64,000 bases of DNA, from positions 246,884,001 to 246,948,000 of the forward strand of contig OZ024740.1 in NCBI GenBank assembly GCA_964016885.1, in the 5' to 3' direction. This DNA is from Eledone cirrhosa. Lineage: Eukaryota. Both the position numbers and the translations under genes were made by a program. The notes under the pieces are model-generated. The model saw nothing but the letters and a program-made list of their open reading frames with translations, made no database searches and was not told where the DNA came from. Shown here piece by piece: positions 52,999 through 64,000 of the stretch (positions within the stretch are counted from its first letter, which is position 1; every line of letters starts with the position of its first letter).

Positions 52999-53715
52999 CA
53001 CAGGTTCTCAACCCATTTAGGCCAAACGCCCCCTTTTGTCCCTCGAAATCACGAAACGCCCCCCCCCCCCCCCCCCCCGCCACCCTATTTTTTCACTTTT
53101 TCAATATACTACTGAGTTTTATATCAGCAGATTACTAAAAAATTGATTAACAATATTCCAAACGTGTGTATTATCTGATTATGTGTTGTATGTGGTCCTA
53201 GATGCGTGTTCTACTCGCTTCTGTTTTTTTCTTTTCTTTTTTTTATTTGTAATATTATTTATACAATAGGGAATAAAATAGATCTACATAGTGTTAACTC
53301 GTTACGGTTGAGTCAATAATTTCAGACAAGAAATACGTTGTTATCGGTGAAGGAAAGATAAGATTCTAACTTTCTGCGCTGAAAGTGTCTTTGACCCAGT
53401 TGACTGTGGGTTTTTCTATTTTTAGGATCTCAATTACCGGTTAACGTCTCAATTACCGGACATGCCTGCACACCTGCTCACAGCTGCAGACAGCATAACT
53501 ATAGTCTGACCGCAGCTGTGAGCAGGTGTGCAGGCATGTCCAGTAATTGAGAAGTTAACCGGTAATTGAGATCCAAAAAAATGGAAAAACCCAGCGCCCC
53601 CCTAACCCCCTCCCCCAGCTCCAAACGCCTTCCTAACGCGACCTTGCTCCCAAACGCACCCCTGGAGTTCTGAAACGCTCCCGGGGGTGCATATGCCCCC
53701 CGTTGAGAACCTTTG
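52999..53715. mobile_element. hAT (Charlie-like) MITE inserted in the LINE RT
   Basis: TIR CA.AGGTTCTCAAC; 8-bp TSD ATCTACAT; splits LLFIIYI|NDITD; internal palindrome ~53407-53593. Confidence 0.92.
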
Positions 53716-54759
53716 ATCTACATTAATGACATTACTGACATCATCAAACACAGTAACATCAGAATCTTCGCAGATGATTCCAAGCTCCAAAGGGTCATCA
53801 ATGAGGTGGGTGACCGGACTTGCCTTCAGTCAGACCTACTGGCTGTTATCCAATGGGCAGAGATGAATAATATGCTGTTGAATGAGGATAAATTTGGACT
53901 AATCCACTTTGGAAAAAAGGATACTCTGAAACTACCATACTCTCTTCCTTCGGGTGAAACTCTGGTGGCTTCCAATAACATCAGAGACTTGGGAGTAATT
54001 GTGGACAACAATATAAGCTGGGCCACTCATATAAACAGCAAAGTTGATATGGCCCGCAGAATGTGTTCCTGGATTCTCAGAACTTTCCAGTCGAGAGATA
54101 TCCACACTGTTGACCTTCTCTTCTCCACTTTTGCCCGACCCTACCTTGAATACTGTTGTCCACTGTGGTCACCCCACACGAAACAAAGTATCATGAAAGT
54201 TGAAGCACCCGAAAGGTAAATTATAAAAACGATAGTTAGCATGACAGGCCTTGACTGTTGGGGTCGATTAGAAAAGCTCAAACTTTATTCTCTTCAACGT
54301 CGCCGTGAGCGCTACATTATCTGTATGATGTGGAAAATATTCCATCAGCTTAGCCCAAATGATGTTGGCATCATCTTTAGTGTACACCCAAGGCTTGGGC
54401 CCCGTGCTATCCGCCCAGGACCAAAATTCCACTCGCATCACATAACAACAATACGGCACAATTATTTCACCTCAATTGGTCCTGCACTCTTTAACATTAC
54501 ACCAAAACACATCAAAGCAGAGACAGACCCCATCAAGTTCAAGATTTCTTTGGATAAATTCCTTCAAGAAATCCCGGATAAGCCTCCTACACCCGGATAT
54601 GCCTCCGTAAACAATAACTCTCTGCTCGAGTGGGCCATGGTGCCCAAACACTGATTTGTAAGACTTCGCCAGGTGGTGCTATTAAGTTAGACATGGCCTA
54701 AGCCAATACTGGCCGAAACCTATCAAAGTTATCAAAGTTATCAAAGTTATATATATATA

Positions 54760-57270
54760 CTAGCAGAAGTACCCGGCGTTGCCCGGGTGTAAGTCGACCT
54801 TTGGTCTGTTAGAATGTGTGAAAGTTACTTCCCGCGCATCACAGGTTCAAAACTTCGAACTTCAATGAAAAAAAATAGGTTAGTAGACACAGGTGTGTAA
54901 TTTATTAATTATAGTTATACAGTGTATCGTTGAAATTGTTCTCTGCACGACTGACGGAAGTCAAAATCGCTTGATATTGAATGTTCAGTTAATTTAAAGC
55001 AGGGTGAAAATGTCGATTACTTTCAGGTTTTTTTTTTTTTTACAATTTTTGCGCTCACATGTGCAGAAGAAGAATTAAAAGGGCCTTTATCTTAACCGCG
55101 GCTTAATGGCGAGTCTTTTGTGACAGTTTTCAAGAATATAGGACGTTCCAGTAAAAAGTTTTCCCATGTGTAACTTTGCCTTGTTTTTTTGCGCAAAGTC
55201 GAGCCCCACTTCAGTTTTATTGATTTTTTACATCAATGCGTGATCTCTGAAGTAGATTTGAGTAGCTAAAAACCTGTCCCGGTAAATTTGCTATAGGTGA
55301 AAAAAAATTGATCAAAATTGTATCTAGGGTTATTGCCCTTTGCCACAGCCTCAAGCCTCGTCTGAAGGGATGTTGGTGATTCCTCCGTCAGCGCTTGTTG
55401 GCGACGAAGGCGAACATCAGCAAGCCTTGTCGTACGTGATGTTGGTGACTCAACCAGCCGGGAAAGACGTCTATCAGCGAGTCGAGATTCGCGCACAGCA
55501 GGTGTTTCCTAGAGAAAATTAATTAATTCTACTGGTTAGCTAAGCCAATGGCAGTGTCAATAGTAAATGAGAAAAGTCTAACATGAACAAATGGGAATCA
55601 AGGTAAGACAATAAATTTAATATAACTACGATTAGAATGTTGTAGTTGCTTAAAAGTGGTGACAGTTAGGATAAACGCAGTACTTGCTAACATTAAGGGA
55701 GAATATTGCATAAAGGATTAATCAATTGTGAATGAACTCATACCTGAGAACGCCTAATTCGTTGTCTCAAAGCAGTAGCTGTACCTTTTTTGGAGGTAAG
55801 TCTTGAACGTTTCCGTGTGGGGATAACGACGTGTAACGAAGCTGTTAGGTTAGAGAGAGGTGATTAAATACAGAGAGAGATGACACCAGATTCGTTGGCA
55901 TGGTTACTGGTGAATGGGAAGGTTGGGAAATATGATTACAATAACTTACCGAATTTTCCGGTCTATAAATTGCACTTAAAATAATTAAATTTAATAAAAA
56001 AACAGCTCTGCGCTTTATACTCCGGTGAGCCTTATGTATAAATAATACAATGGTAATCAATCACAGCTCTAACAGAAGTAATAGATCTAGACTAAAAGTA
56101 AAGAAGATAGCATTTTCCTGGTTGGCCTTACACGCCATCGCGCGGACCTGATTTTAAATGATACGCCTTATATCCCGGTGAGCCTTATAGAGCGGAAAAT
56201 ATCTATTGGAAAAGAATACGAATTCATGACCAAGGTGTGACAAAATAGGCGTCTATACAGCGCCTGAAACAAACTTGTCCAAAACCCTAGGATTTTTCTC
56301 GTTAAGTATCCACCCAAAAGGAACCGTTTTTTAGTTACAAAAAATAACCAAAGTGTATAGTAGCTATATTTCTGACATATCATGCCAAAAAGAACAATAT
56401 ATTCAAAAAATGTTCTAAAGTACATTCAATCTCTCTTTTTGACCGATATCTTAATAAGCAAGTTATCGATTTTTTATTGGCTGTCAGTGTCTATCTGCAT
56501 GCAGGTGTGCACGTGTGCGCAATTAATTGCAAATACACTCATAACATTTAGTCGTAAGCAGAACAAAAAATGCCATTAGAGGTGGGCTAATAATGAAGAC
56601 ACAAACCCTGGTGAACTTACGTTTAAACACCCGAAAAGTTACTCACTTCCTGTGCAAAAGACTGTATTATTAATTAAGTAATTTTTTAGAATCTTTTGTT
56701 TAAAAAAGGAAAACATTGGTACGGACGTAACATTTTTTACAACTTTGTATGTCTACAATACAACTTGGTCAACGTATTATTTAGTAATTTTTTTTTAAAA
56801 AAAGCATGATTATTTAAGACTGTTTGAAAATTTACTCACAGCTTTTAGCATCACAAAAGACACCATTAAATTTGGTTCCCTTTTCAGATAGGGATAATAC
56901 TGTATTTCCACTTGAATAAGGTGGAATATGAAAAGATAAACTCTTTAATGGTCGGTCGTTTACTGAGACAGCTGGGAAGACATGCAGCTAGCCGTCCAAT
57001 CAATAACGCACGTCCTTATATGGGCATATGAAATTTATTTTTATTGCGCCAGATGTAAACTAAGAGTTCTTGTGTTCGAATTCACATAAAATTTCATTGG
57101 AATCGAAAAACATTCTGTCATAGGGCCCGATTATCGATTTTTCGAAAATTTCAAGTAGCCTATTCCACTCTACGCATTGAGTTTTATATATGTGTGAGGT
57201 TTCATGTAAATTGGATTAACAGTGTAGCATGCAAGTTCGGAACACCAAACAATGTCCATCTTACCTTTAT
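54760..57270 (-). mobile_element. Internally deleted Helitron
   Basis: 3' end reverse complement ACCCGGGCAACGCCGGGTACTTCTGCTAG; N-terminal ES..R..RL repeat peptide at 55266-55496; 5' boundary approximate. Confidence 0.6.
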
Positions 57271-57289
57271 ATATATATATATATATATA

Positions 57290-60200
57290 AGGATTAAAAT
57301 ACTGGAGCGTGTTGGAGTTAAACACCCTCTTCGTATTATAGAAATGACAGTAAAAGGTATAGCTCGATGTAATTAAACAGAGCCGAAGAATTATGAAAGT
57401 AAAACAAATAAGCCTTCAATACATCAAAAGTCTTTATTAGCCAACAATGTTTTGTCCTATTAAGGACTCATCAGGGCAATTAAAACAACAAGAAGTATTA
57501 TCGGCCTATACAAGCCGAAAACTCCGAAGAATATGGAGTGTACATACACTAAAGTATTGCAAGATTATGGGTAAAAATATATAATAAAAATATATAATAA
57601 AAATCACTAAGGAGGTGTATAACATTTAGAACCATATTACAAATATAGTCCAAAGCAAAAAAACCTAGAGCTAAACAAAGGTGGTTATATAGAGCGGGAA
57701 TTATATATAATACTATATAATATAATATAAAATACTTGTAACAATATTAAAATTACAATAAAAATTAAAAGGTACAATATACATATGTATATAAGTACGC
57801 ACACGTACGCACATATACACATACATCAATACACATATCCATCTTTAACAGCACAAATTAAACCTTATTAAGAGTTTAAATATAAATAAGCATGATAGGA
57901 ATAAAAATAATAATAATAGTAATAATACATATATCTAATATACATGAGGTAATAATATGATATGATTATAAGTAGCACATATAATATATAATAAACTATA
58001 CAATTATAAACCATATAATATAATATAATAATAGATAATCTCCGGTTAATTTACACAAACAATATAGATGTCGCAATAATACTATAATAATAATATACTA
58101 ACATTTATAATATACAATATATAATGGCATTCAAGTTAACAAATCAATTCATATAGAGTTACAGAGTAGGTGAGGAAAAATATAAATTGTACAATGCCCA
58201 AAATTATGATGGTACAAAAATATAAACTTCTTACATGATATATAAAATTTAACATATCACAATGTTATATATAATTAACGGTAAGTAATAAGGATCGATA
58301 GTACAATAACAAATACAATATAAAATAATTAACATAATATAATATATAATTACTTATAATTACAAGGTTGGTAAACAGACATATATGTGGATGAGTGAGT
58401 AAGGGCCAGACAGTAAATAGAATGCACAGTAGTATTAATAAATAAATAAATAAATAGAATCAACCGGAAATTAAAAAACAAAAACAAAAGTATATAGTTA
58501 GGTCTCACATGAAGTTAAGTGAAAACTTCGGAAACAACCCCGGTAAATGACTCGAAAACCCTATTTGATAAATTAATATTAAAAATATTAAAAATATCTA
58601 ATAAGGCAATACAATATTAGCTATGGTTTAAGTAATCAAAATTTATAAACGTTAATATTTCACTACAAATATATATATAAAGGGATGAAATTTTCTACTA
58701 TCATTTACATAACGATATCTAAAAAACTGACTTAAGCAGAATTATGGTAGGCTAATAGGGACAGAAAAAAAGAAATGTATGAAGGATACAAAGGAGCATA
58801 AAATTATAGTCAATATACTATATTAAATAATAGAAAGGAGCGTAAAAGAGGGGGGGGATTAAATATAATCATAATCTATGTGAAGGGGTTGACAATAAGT
58901 TTATGTGCGCATGGGGGGGAGGTGGGGGGGGGGGGGTTATCCAATGGAGAATCCAAATAAAATAAAATAAAATAAAATGAAATAAAATATAATAATGTAA
59001 AATATATAATCAGATATATACTCATAAGGTGTTAATGGTGAAAATTTAATGCGTAAGAAGATAGATATGGTATAGTAGCCAAAAGATTATGAGAGCTAGA
59101 ATAAAGAGTTGTCAAAAACCAATGATAATAATGATGATAATAATGGTGGTAAACAAAAAGAACCTAAACTAAAAAATAAGTAATGGAATATATCAGCTAA
59201 TGGATACAATTTAAACTACTAGAACCTTTAGGTTTATAATAAAAGTAAGAATTAGAAATAGCGTGGGGGCAAGAAGAGAATATCTCAGACTTTCTATTAA
59301 GTAAGGATTCGCTAGAGAAAATTATAGAGTGTGTCTCGAGGATACAGAGATTACAAAATTTAGTATGTGTAGAAAGGTTATTAGAGCGTGCTACTAAACG
59401 CCAATTAAGGCTATATGGTATATTAGCCCCCTTAAGATCCCAGATATAGTGTGCTAAAGAAGTAGAATTCTTAAACTTAAATGTTTGAAATTAGAGATAT
59501 GAGAATTAAACCTAGTCTTAAAAGTGTTAGATGTAGAGCCTATATAAGTTCTATTAGAGGAATTAGTTATAACTACGCAAGCATAGACGATGTTCTTAGA
59601 GAGGCAGTTACCGTTTAAAGGGCAGTTAGCACTCACTCTACAGTTACACTTCCGGGTGCTATTGGTTGGCTGAAGTAGTGATGCATTACACGTAGGATTG
59701 CTATTAGATAAGGTCTGTTCTGGTTGTAAGGCATTTCCAAATCTGCTCAGACTAGTAGTATGTAGAGAGGAGAATCCATCCCTAATTTTCCTATTGTTAG
59801 TGCTAGCTAAATGAGAACTAATATTAGGGGTGGTAGAGAATGAAAGTTTAATAACATTTTTATTAAAAATACTATGGTATTTATGAGAAGGGGGAACATT
59901 TTTCTCTAAGATAGAAGAGAAAGACCTAGGGATATTAGTTAATACTTCCTGATTATATGGCGGGTTAAAATAAGTATTTAGTTTCCTTCTATTTTTATCC
60001 TTACCGACTCTACCATTATCTAATATCCCACTATCAAGACTAGGGTTACTACAAGGATTAGTTAAAACCGCATTTTTAGAATCAGCCAAAATTCCATTAA
60101 GTCTCTTACTGTTTCTACCTCCAGTAGATCTGCTGCCGTCTGGAATCCCATCAAAAGGATTAGGGCCAATAATAGGATCAGTAGAAGCAACATTATTAGA

Positions 60201-61137
60201 ATTAGATCTAGCAAAATTATCACCAATGAGTGAGCGCGCAGAGGGTTCGACTTGTTTCCCAGAGGTATTATATTCCCTATTACGAGTCCCGTGGGTTAAC
60301 TTATGGATGGGTTCAGATACACCTATGTCATTTTTACGGTTATTATGCTTCCTACTCCCATTCATGGCCATGTTATGTGATATTATGTTATTATTATTAT
60401 AAGTAAGCGGAGATTTTCTAAGGTTACTATTATTATAATGTATTTTACTAGAGTAACCGGAATTTGCTAGGGCATTATTATAGTACTCCGCATGTTCATT
60501 AAATGTTCCTACGTCCTTAGAGAGTGTGGAAATCCTATTAGATACACCCTTAATTATAGAGCTTATCATAGATTTGGGGTGGTTAGAATTGGGACTAACA
60601 TAAGAAAGTATTTCATTAGGCTTATGGAAGGGTTTAAAACTATTAGTGACCAAGTCCAAAGTCACATCTAAAAAGTTGACAGCTCTATCGTTTCTATCTA
60701 TCGTGATCGAAAGGTTATAGCTTTTAAAAAACTTATAAAGCTTCTTCTTATTATGCTCGACATTGTTGGTGCTAGAGAGTTAATTACAAACAATGCATCA
60801 TCACGATATAGTCCGCCTTTAAGGTGCGGAAAGGTAACATATAGTTCATTTAGGGGGAACAACCCAACAAGATCAGTTACCTGGGCCGAATCACTCGAAC
60901 CCATTGTAACGTCGAAATTGTTGGGCGTGTTTTTACGGGTACAAAATGTGTCCTCAAAATTAATAATAGTTCTACGGGCTGCTAGTATAATATCTACTAG
61001 TGATCGTGTAAGGCTGGACACTCTCATGGCCAACATTAAAGCTTTATTGAGGAGGATGAGTCCTTAATAGGACGAAACATTGTTGGCTAATAAAGACTTT
61101 TGATGTATTGAAGGCTTCTTTGTTTTACTTTCATAAT
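57290..61137 (-). mobile_element. 5'-truncated Naiad-type PLE with 3' pLTR and inverted partial pLTR
   Basis: RT-GIY-YIG remnant ~59255-61050 (GGLYRDD, FHKPN, FNPPY, CNCR..CPLNGNCL, YIG); 61055-61137 is the inverse of ~57390-57472. Confidence 0.92.
57440..57477 (-). ncRNA. Minimal hammerhead ribozyme (G12 mutated in this copy)
   Basis: Reverse complement GCC-CTGATGA-GTCC(ttaata)GGAC-AAAAC-att-GTT-GGC-tAATAAA; the inverted copy at 61055-61087 retains GAAAC. Confidence 0.78.
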
Positions 61138-61160
61138 ATATATATATATATATATATAAA

Positions 61161-62054
61161 TTTTAGTACAGCATTAACGAAGCTTTAGAACTCGGCCAAG
61201 CTAACGAATGCAGAATCGGTCTGTAGATTTAGCACTCAGATGGGAAAAAGAACCCCAGAGTAATAACAATACGTTCAGATAGCTTAGCAAATCAGATATA
61301 GCGGTCGGCAGTCCAGCCGCATCACTAGAGCAACGAAAATATAGGACCCAGGAAAAGATTTTATACTGACCCGGACAGAGTGGTGAGGCTGAATGCAAAA
61401 TATATAATGTACATCGTATATCACACAATATACATCAGATACAGCACCCAACATCAGCGCTAAGTTTCTGGAAATCCAAGATCGACAAATTCCGATTGTA
61501 GGTCTGCAATATAATGGTTTTTGACGACAGAACATAGGATGTCCTTCTTCAGCAAGTCTTTCGTTCTTAGCCTGAGCGGGCATGCTGTAGCTTTAAATTT
61601 CGCCACAGACACGTGGTTTTCTCCAAGGGAGGTAACCCCCGATTAGGCGGTGAATTCTAATTTGAGATAAAGCAATGAATCCCTTTAGACAAACCGAATT
61701 AAGCACTCAACCAGAAGTTATCAAACAAACATAAACAATTAATCAATCAATAGAATCATCTAATTAAATTAATTAGTTAATCGTTAATTCTAGGAGTAAA
61801 TACAGATTTTAGTACAACATTAACGAAACTTTAGAACACGGCCATGCTAACGAATGCAGAATCGGTCTGTAGCTTTAGCACTCAGATGGGGAAAAGAACA
61901 CCAGAGTAATAACAATACGTTCAGAGAGCTTAGCAAATCAGATACAGCGGTCGGCATTCCAGCCGCATCACTAGAGCAACAAAAATACAGGACCCAGGAA
62001 CAGATTTTATACTGACCCGGACAGAGCGGTGAGGCTGAATGCAAAATATATAAT
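61161..62054. mobile_element. Non-coding element with ~248-bp direct repeats (646-bp period)
   Basis: 61161-61408 repeated at 61807-62054; (TA)n flanks; reverse complement CTGAAGA-agGAC..GTC at ~61515-61553 with damaged GAAA. Confidence 0.7.
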
Positions 62055-62067
62055 ATATATATATATA

Positions 62068-63098
62068 GTTATACTTGGGGAGGGTCATATTTGTGTAATA
62101 TTGCCAGAATTAATAACAGAACACACTCACTGTTTGGTTGGTTTTCGCTTTCGCTTCTGTGTCTTTTATATCGGTTAATTTAATTTATTCGGTCCTCAAT
62201 GTTGCCATTGACTGACCAACGGTCAAAAACACAGATACAATATAGACACAAACACATATATATATAGTCTATCAAAGTTCTTTCGTTGCACATCTGCAAC
62301 ATCGTCAGTGATGCTATTGTTTCCTCCCGATGCATTGTATGTCTACGCCATCTTTATTTAGTCTGTTTATATATTTATTTATTTGTTTTGTTTTTTTTTG
62401 TCTTTTTTGCGCATGCGTTTGCGTGTGTGTAAAGTGTTTTGTTTGATGTGTGTTCGTGTTTGGGTGACTGTGTATTGGTTAATGTATTCTATCTTTACTA
62501 GTGTGTGTTTATATGTGTTTGTTGTTATTGTGCTTGTGTATGTATTTATTTATTTATCTATTTATTTATTTATATTTCTCTTAGGTCAGTGTTGTTTGTT
62601 TGGGTGTTGTTGTTATTCCATTCATTTTTTCTGTTTAGCCTTGGCCTTCTAAGTTCTATTTCACTGGCCTCTCTGATTTGCCTATCTGCTGGGTCATTTC
62701 TATGTTTAGATATTATTCTAATTTCTATGTTGTCTATGTTACCGTCGTGTTGTTGTCTGGCATGTTCGTATAGTACTGAACCGTTTTTTCGTCCTTTTAG
62801 TTCCCCCCAGTGTTGGTCTATCCTTTCACCTATGCTACGCCTATGTCTCGCCTATGTATGTTGTTGTCATGTTTCTGCAAGTACCCTCTGTACATCTTAT
62901 GCTATAGACTACGTTTCTAGTTTTACAGTTTATCCGGGGATTTACTTTACATATGATACAATTCCTATTAGTACAGTGGGTTTTCTTAAAAGGGTAGGTT
63001 TTGCTGATCAGGGATTTTATGGTGGTTCCTGGCTTTTCTACCACCTTAATCTTTAAGTGGGTCTTTCTCAGAGCCTTTCTACACTGGTTAGCTAATTT

Positions 63099-63100
<2 letters not shown>
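62068..63100 (-). mobile_element. 5'-truncated PLE: GIY-YIG remnant + pLTR
   Basis: KVVEKPGTTIKS..CKTRNVVYSIRC..YIGET, homologous to 10195-10742. Confidence 0.88.
62271..62312 (-). ncRNA. Minimal type I hammerhead ribozyme
   Basis: Reverse complement ATCA-CTGACGA-t-GTTGCA(gatg)TGCAAC-GAAAG-aa-CTT-TGAT. Confidence 0.82.
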
Positions 63101-63132
<32 letters not shown>

Positions 63133-63365
63133 GGAATAGAATGAAACGAAATTTCATTTCTCATTCTTAGGTCGGCACTTACTTAAATGTAAGTATGTAT
63201 GTATGTATACGTACATACATATATGTATACAGACGTACAGTAGTATGTATATATATATACATACATGCACACATATATATGCACGTATCGGTTTACCGAA
63301 CATTTATTATAATGCTCGGTTTGCTTGTTTGTAAACAAACAAACAGCCCGAATTACGCCGTACAG

Positions 63366-63659
63366 TTCTGTCCTACGCCATTTTTATTCTGTGTGTGTCA
63401 CACACAGAAACAAAATGGCGTAGGACAGAACAAAGGAGAGGCACAGAAACAAAGAAAGGAATCCCCAGTCACTGAAGAAGTCACAGAGTGTGTGACGAAA
63501 GAACTATGACAATATATAAACAACTATCTGGTTGTGGAACCAACCAACCAACCAGAAATTTATAAATTTATAAATTTATTATAAATTTATTATAATAAAT
63601 TGAAGTGAAAGCAACTGGTGCGTGTGTTTCTTATTGGCAACATGACCCTCCCAAAGTAT

Positions 63660-63664
<5 letters not shown>
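63366..63664 (+). mobile_element. Solo pLTR (family of 9821-10995) with 5' fold-back and HHR at 63468-63510
   Basis: Palindrome 63366-63430; GTCA-CTGAAGA-a-GTCACA..TGTGAC-GAAAG-aa-CTA-TGAC. Confidence 0.82.
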
Positions 63665-63706
<42 letters not shown>

Positions 63707-64000
63707 AAGGCGCATGGCTTAGTGGTTAAAGCATTGGGCTTGTAATATATGGCTTGTAATATATATATATATATATATATAATTGAAAGGTATAGAAAAT
63801 ATTGTAGCAAAAAGCCAACAGTATTCCATAGTATATAAATGACTATAGCGTCAAAATGGGAAAAATAGTTAACGTAAGATGTGGGAAAAATAATTCAAAC
63901 TCATCTCAAAGAGAATCAGGATATAGATTCATCCACAGAATTTAGTGAAATCCAGGGAAAAGTCAATAGAGCCTTAACTCATGATAAAATAAAGTTTAAA

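Larger units (their letters stand above)
49403..54750 (+). mobile_element. Full-length APE-RT LINE (CR1/Proto2-like), disrupted
   Basis: ORF1 49500-50951; ORF2 ~50990-54654 with LTETHL, GGTAIF, GDFNLP, LDLVF, SDH, YLDFSKAFD, SGVPQG, FADD; 3' tail (TATCAAAGT)3. Confidence 0.92.

Overview
AT-rich, microsatellite-saturated eukaryotic DNA with no recognisable host protein-coding gene. The host is probably an octopus or other coleoid cephalopod, inferred from the SINE families and (TA)n/(CA)n density. The window is almost entirely nested transposable elements. It contains a nearly intact Penelope-like element (PLE, Naiad-type RT + GIY-YIG, 11753-17745), two further Naiad-type remnants, two short GIY-YIG PLE remnants, an RTE-like LINE, a CRE-like RLE fragment, a full-length APE-RT LINE, a hAT transposon with 8-bp TSD, a hAT MITE, a Rep-Helicase Helitron with non-autonomous Helitrons, and about 13 tRNA-derived SINE copies. 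The main signal that the ORF track misses is a dense set of type I hammerhead ribozyme (HHR) motifs. I found about 20 copies from more than a dozen unrelated sequence families, mostly between (TA)n tracts. They occur as PLE pseudo-LTRs, as fold-back palindromes, or as non-coding 430-650 bp partial-tandem units resembling retrozymes. Several carry core variants (U3-A8, C4, palindromic minimal stem III). A second notable item is a LINE ORF1 that, once an in-frame 204-bp SINE insertion is removed, reads as about 415 aa with an N-terminal Myb/SANT-like domain and CCCH-like fingers. All calls were made by eye; no searches or folding programs were run.
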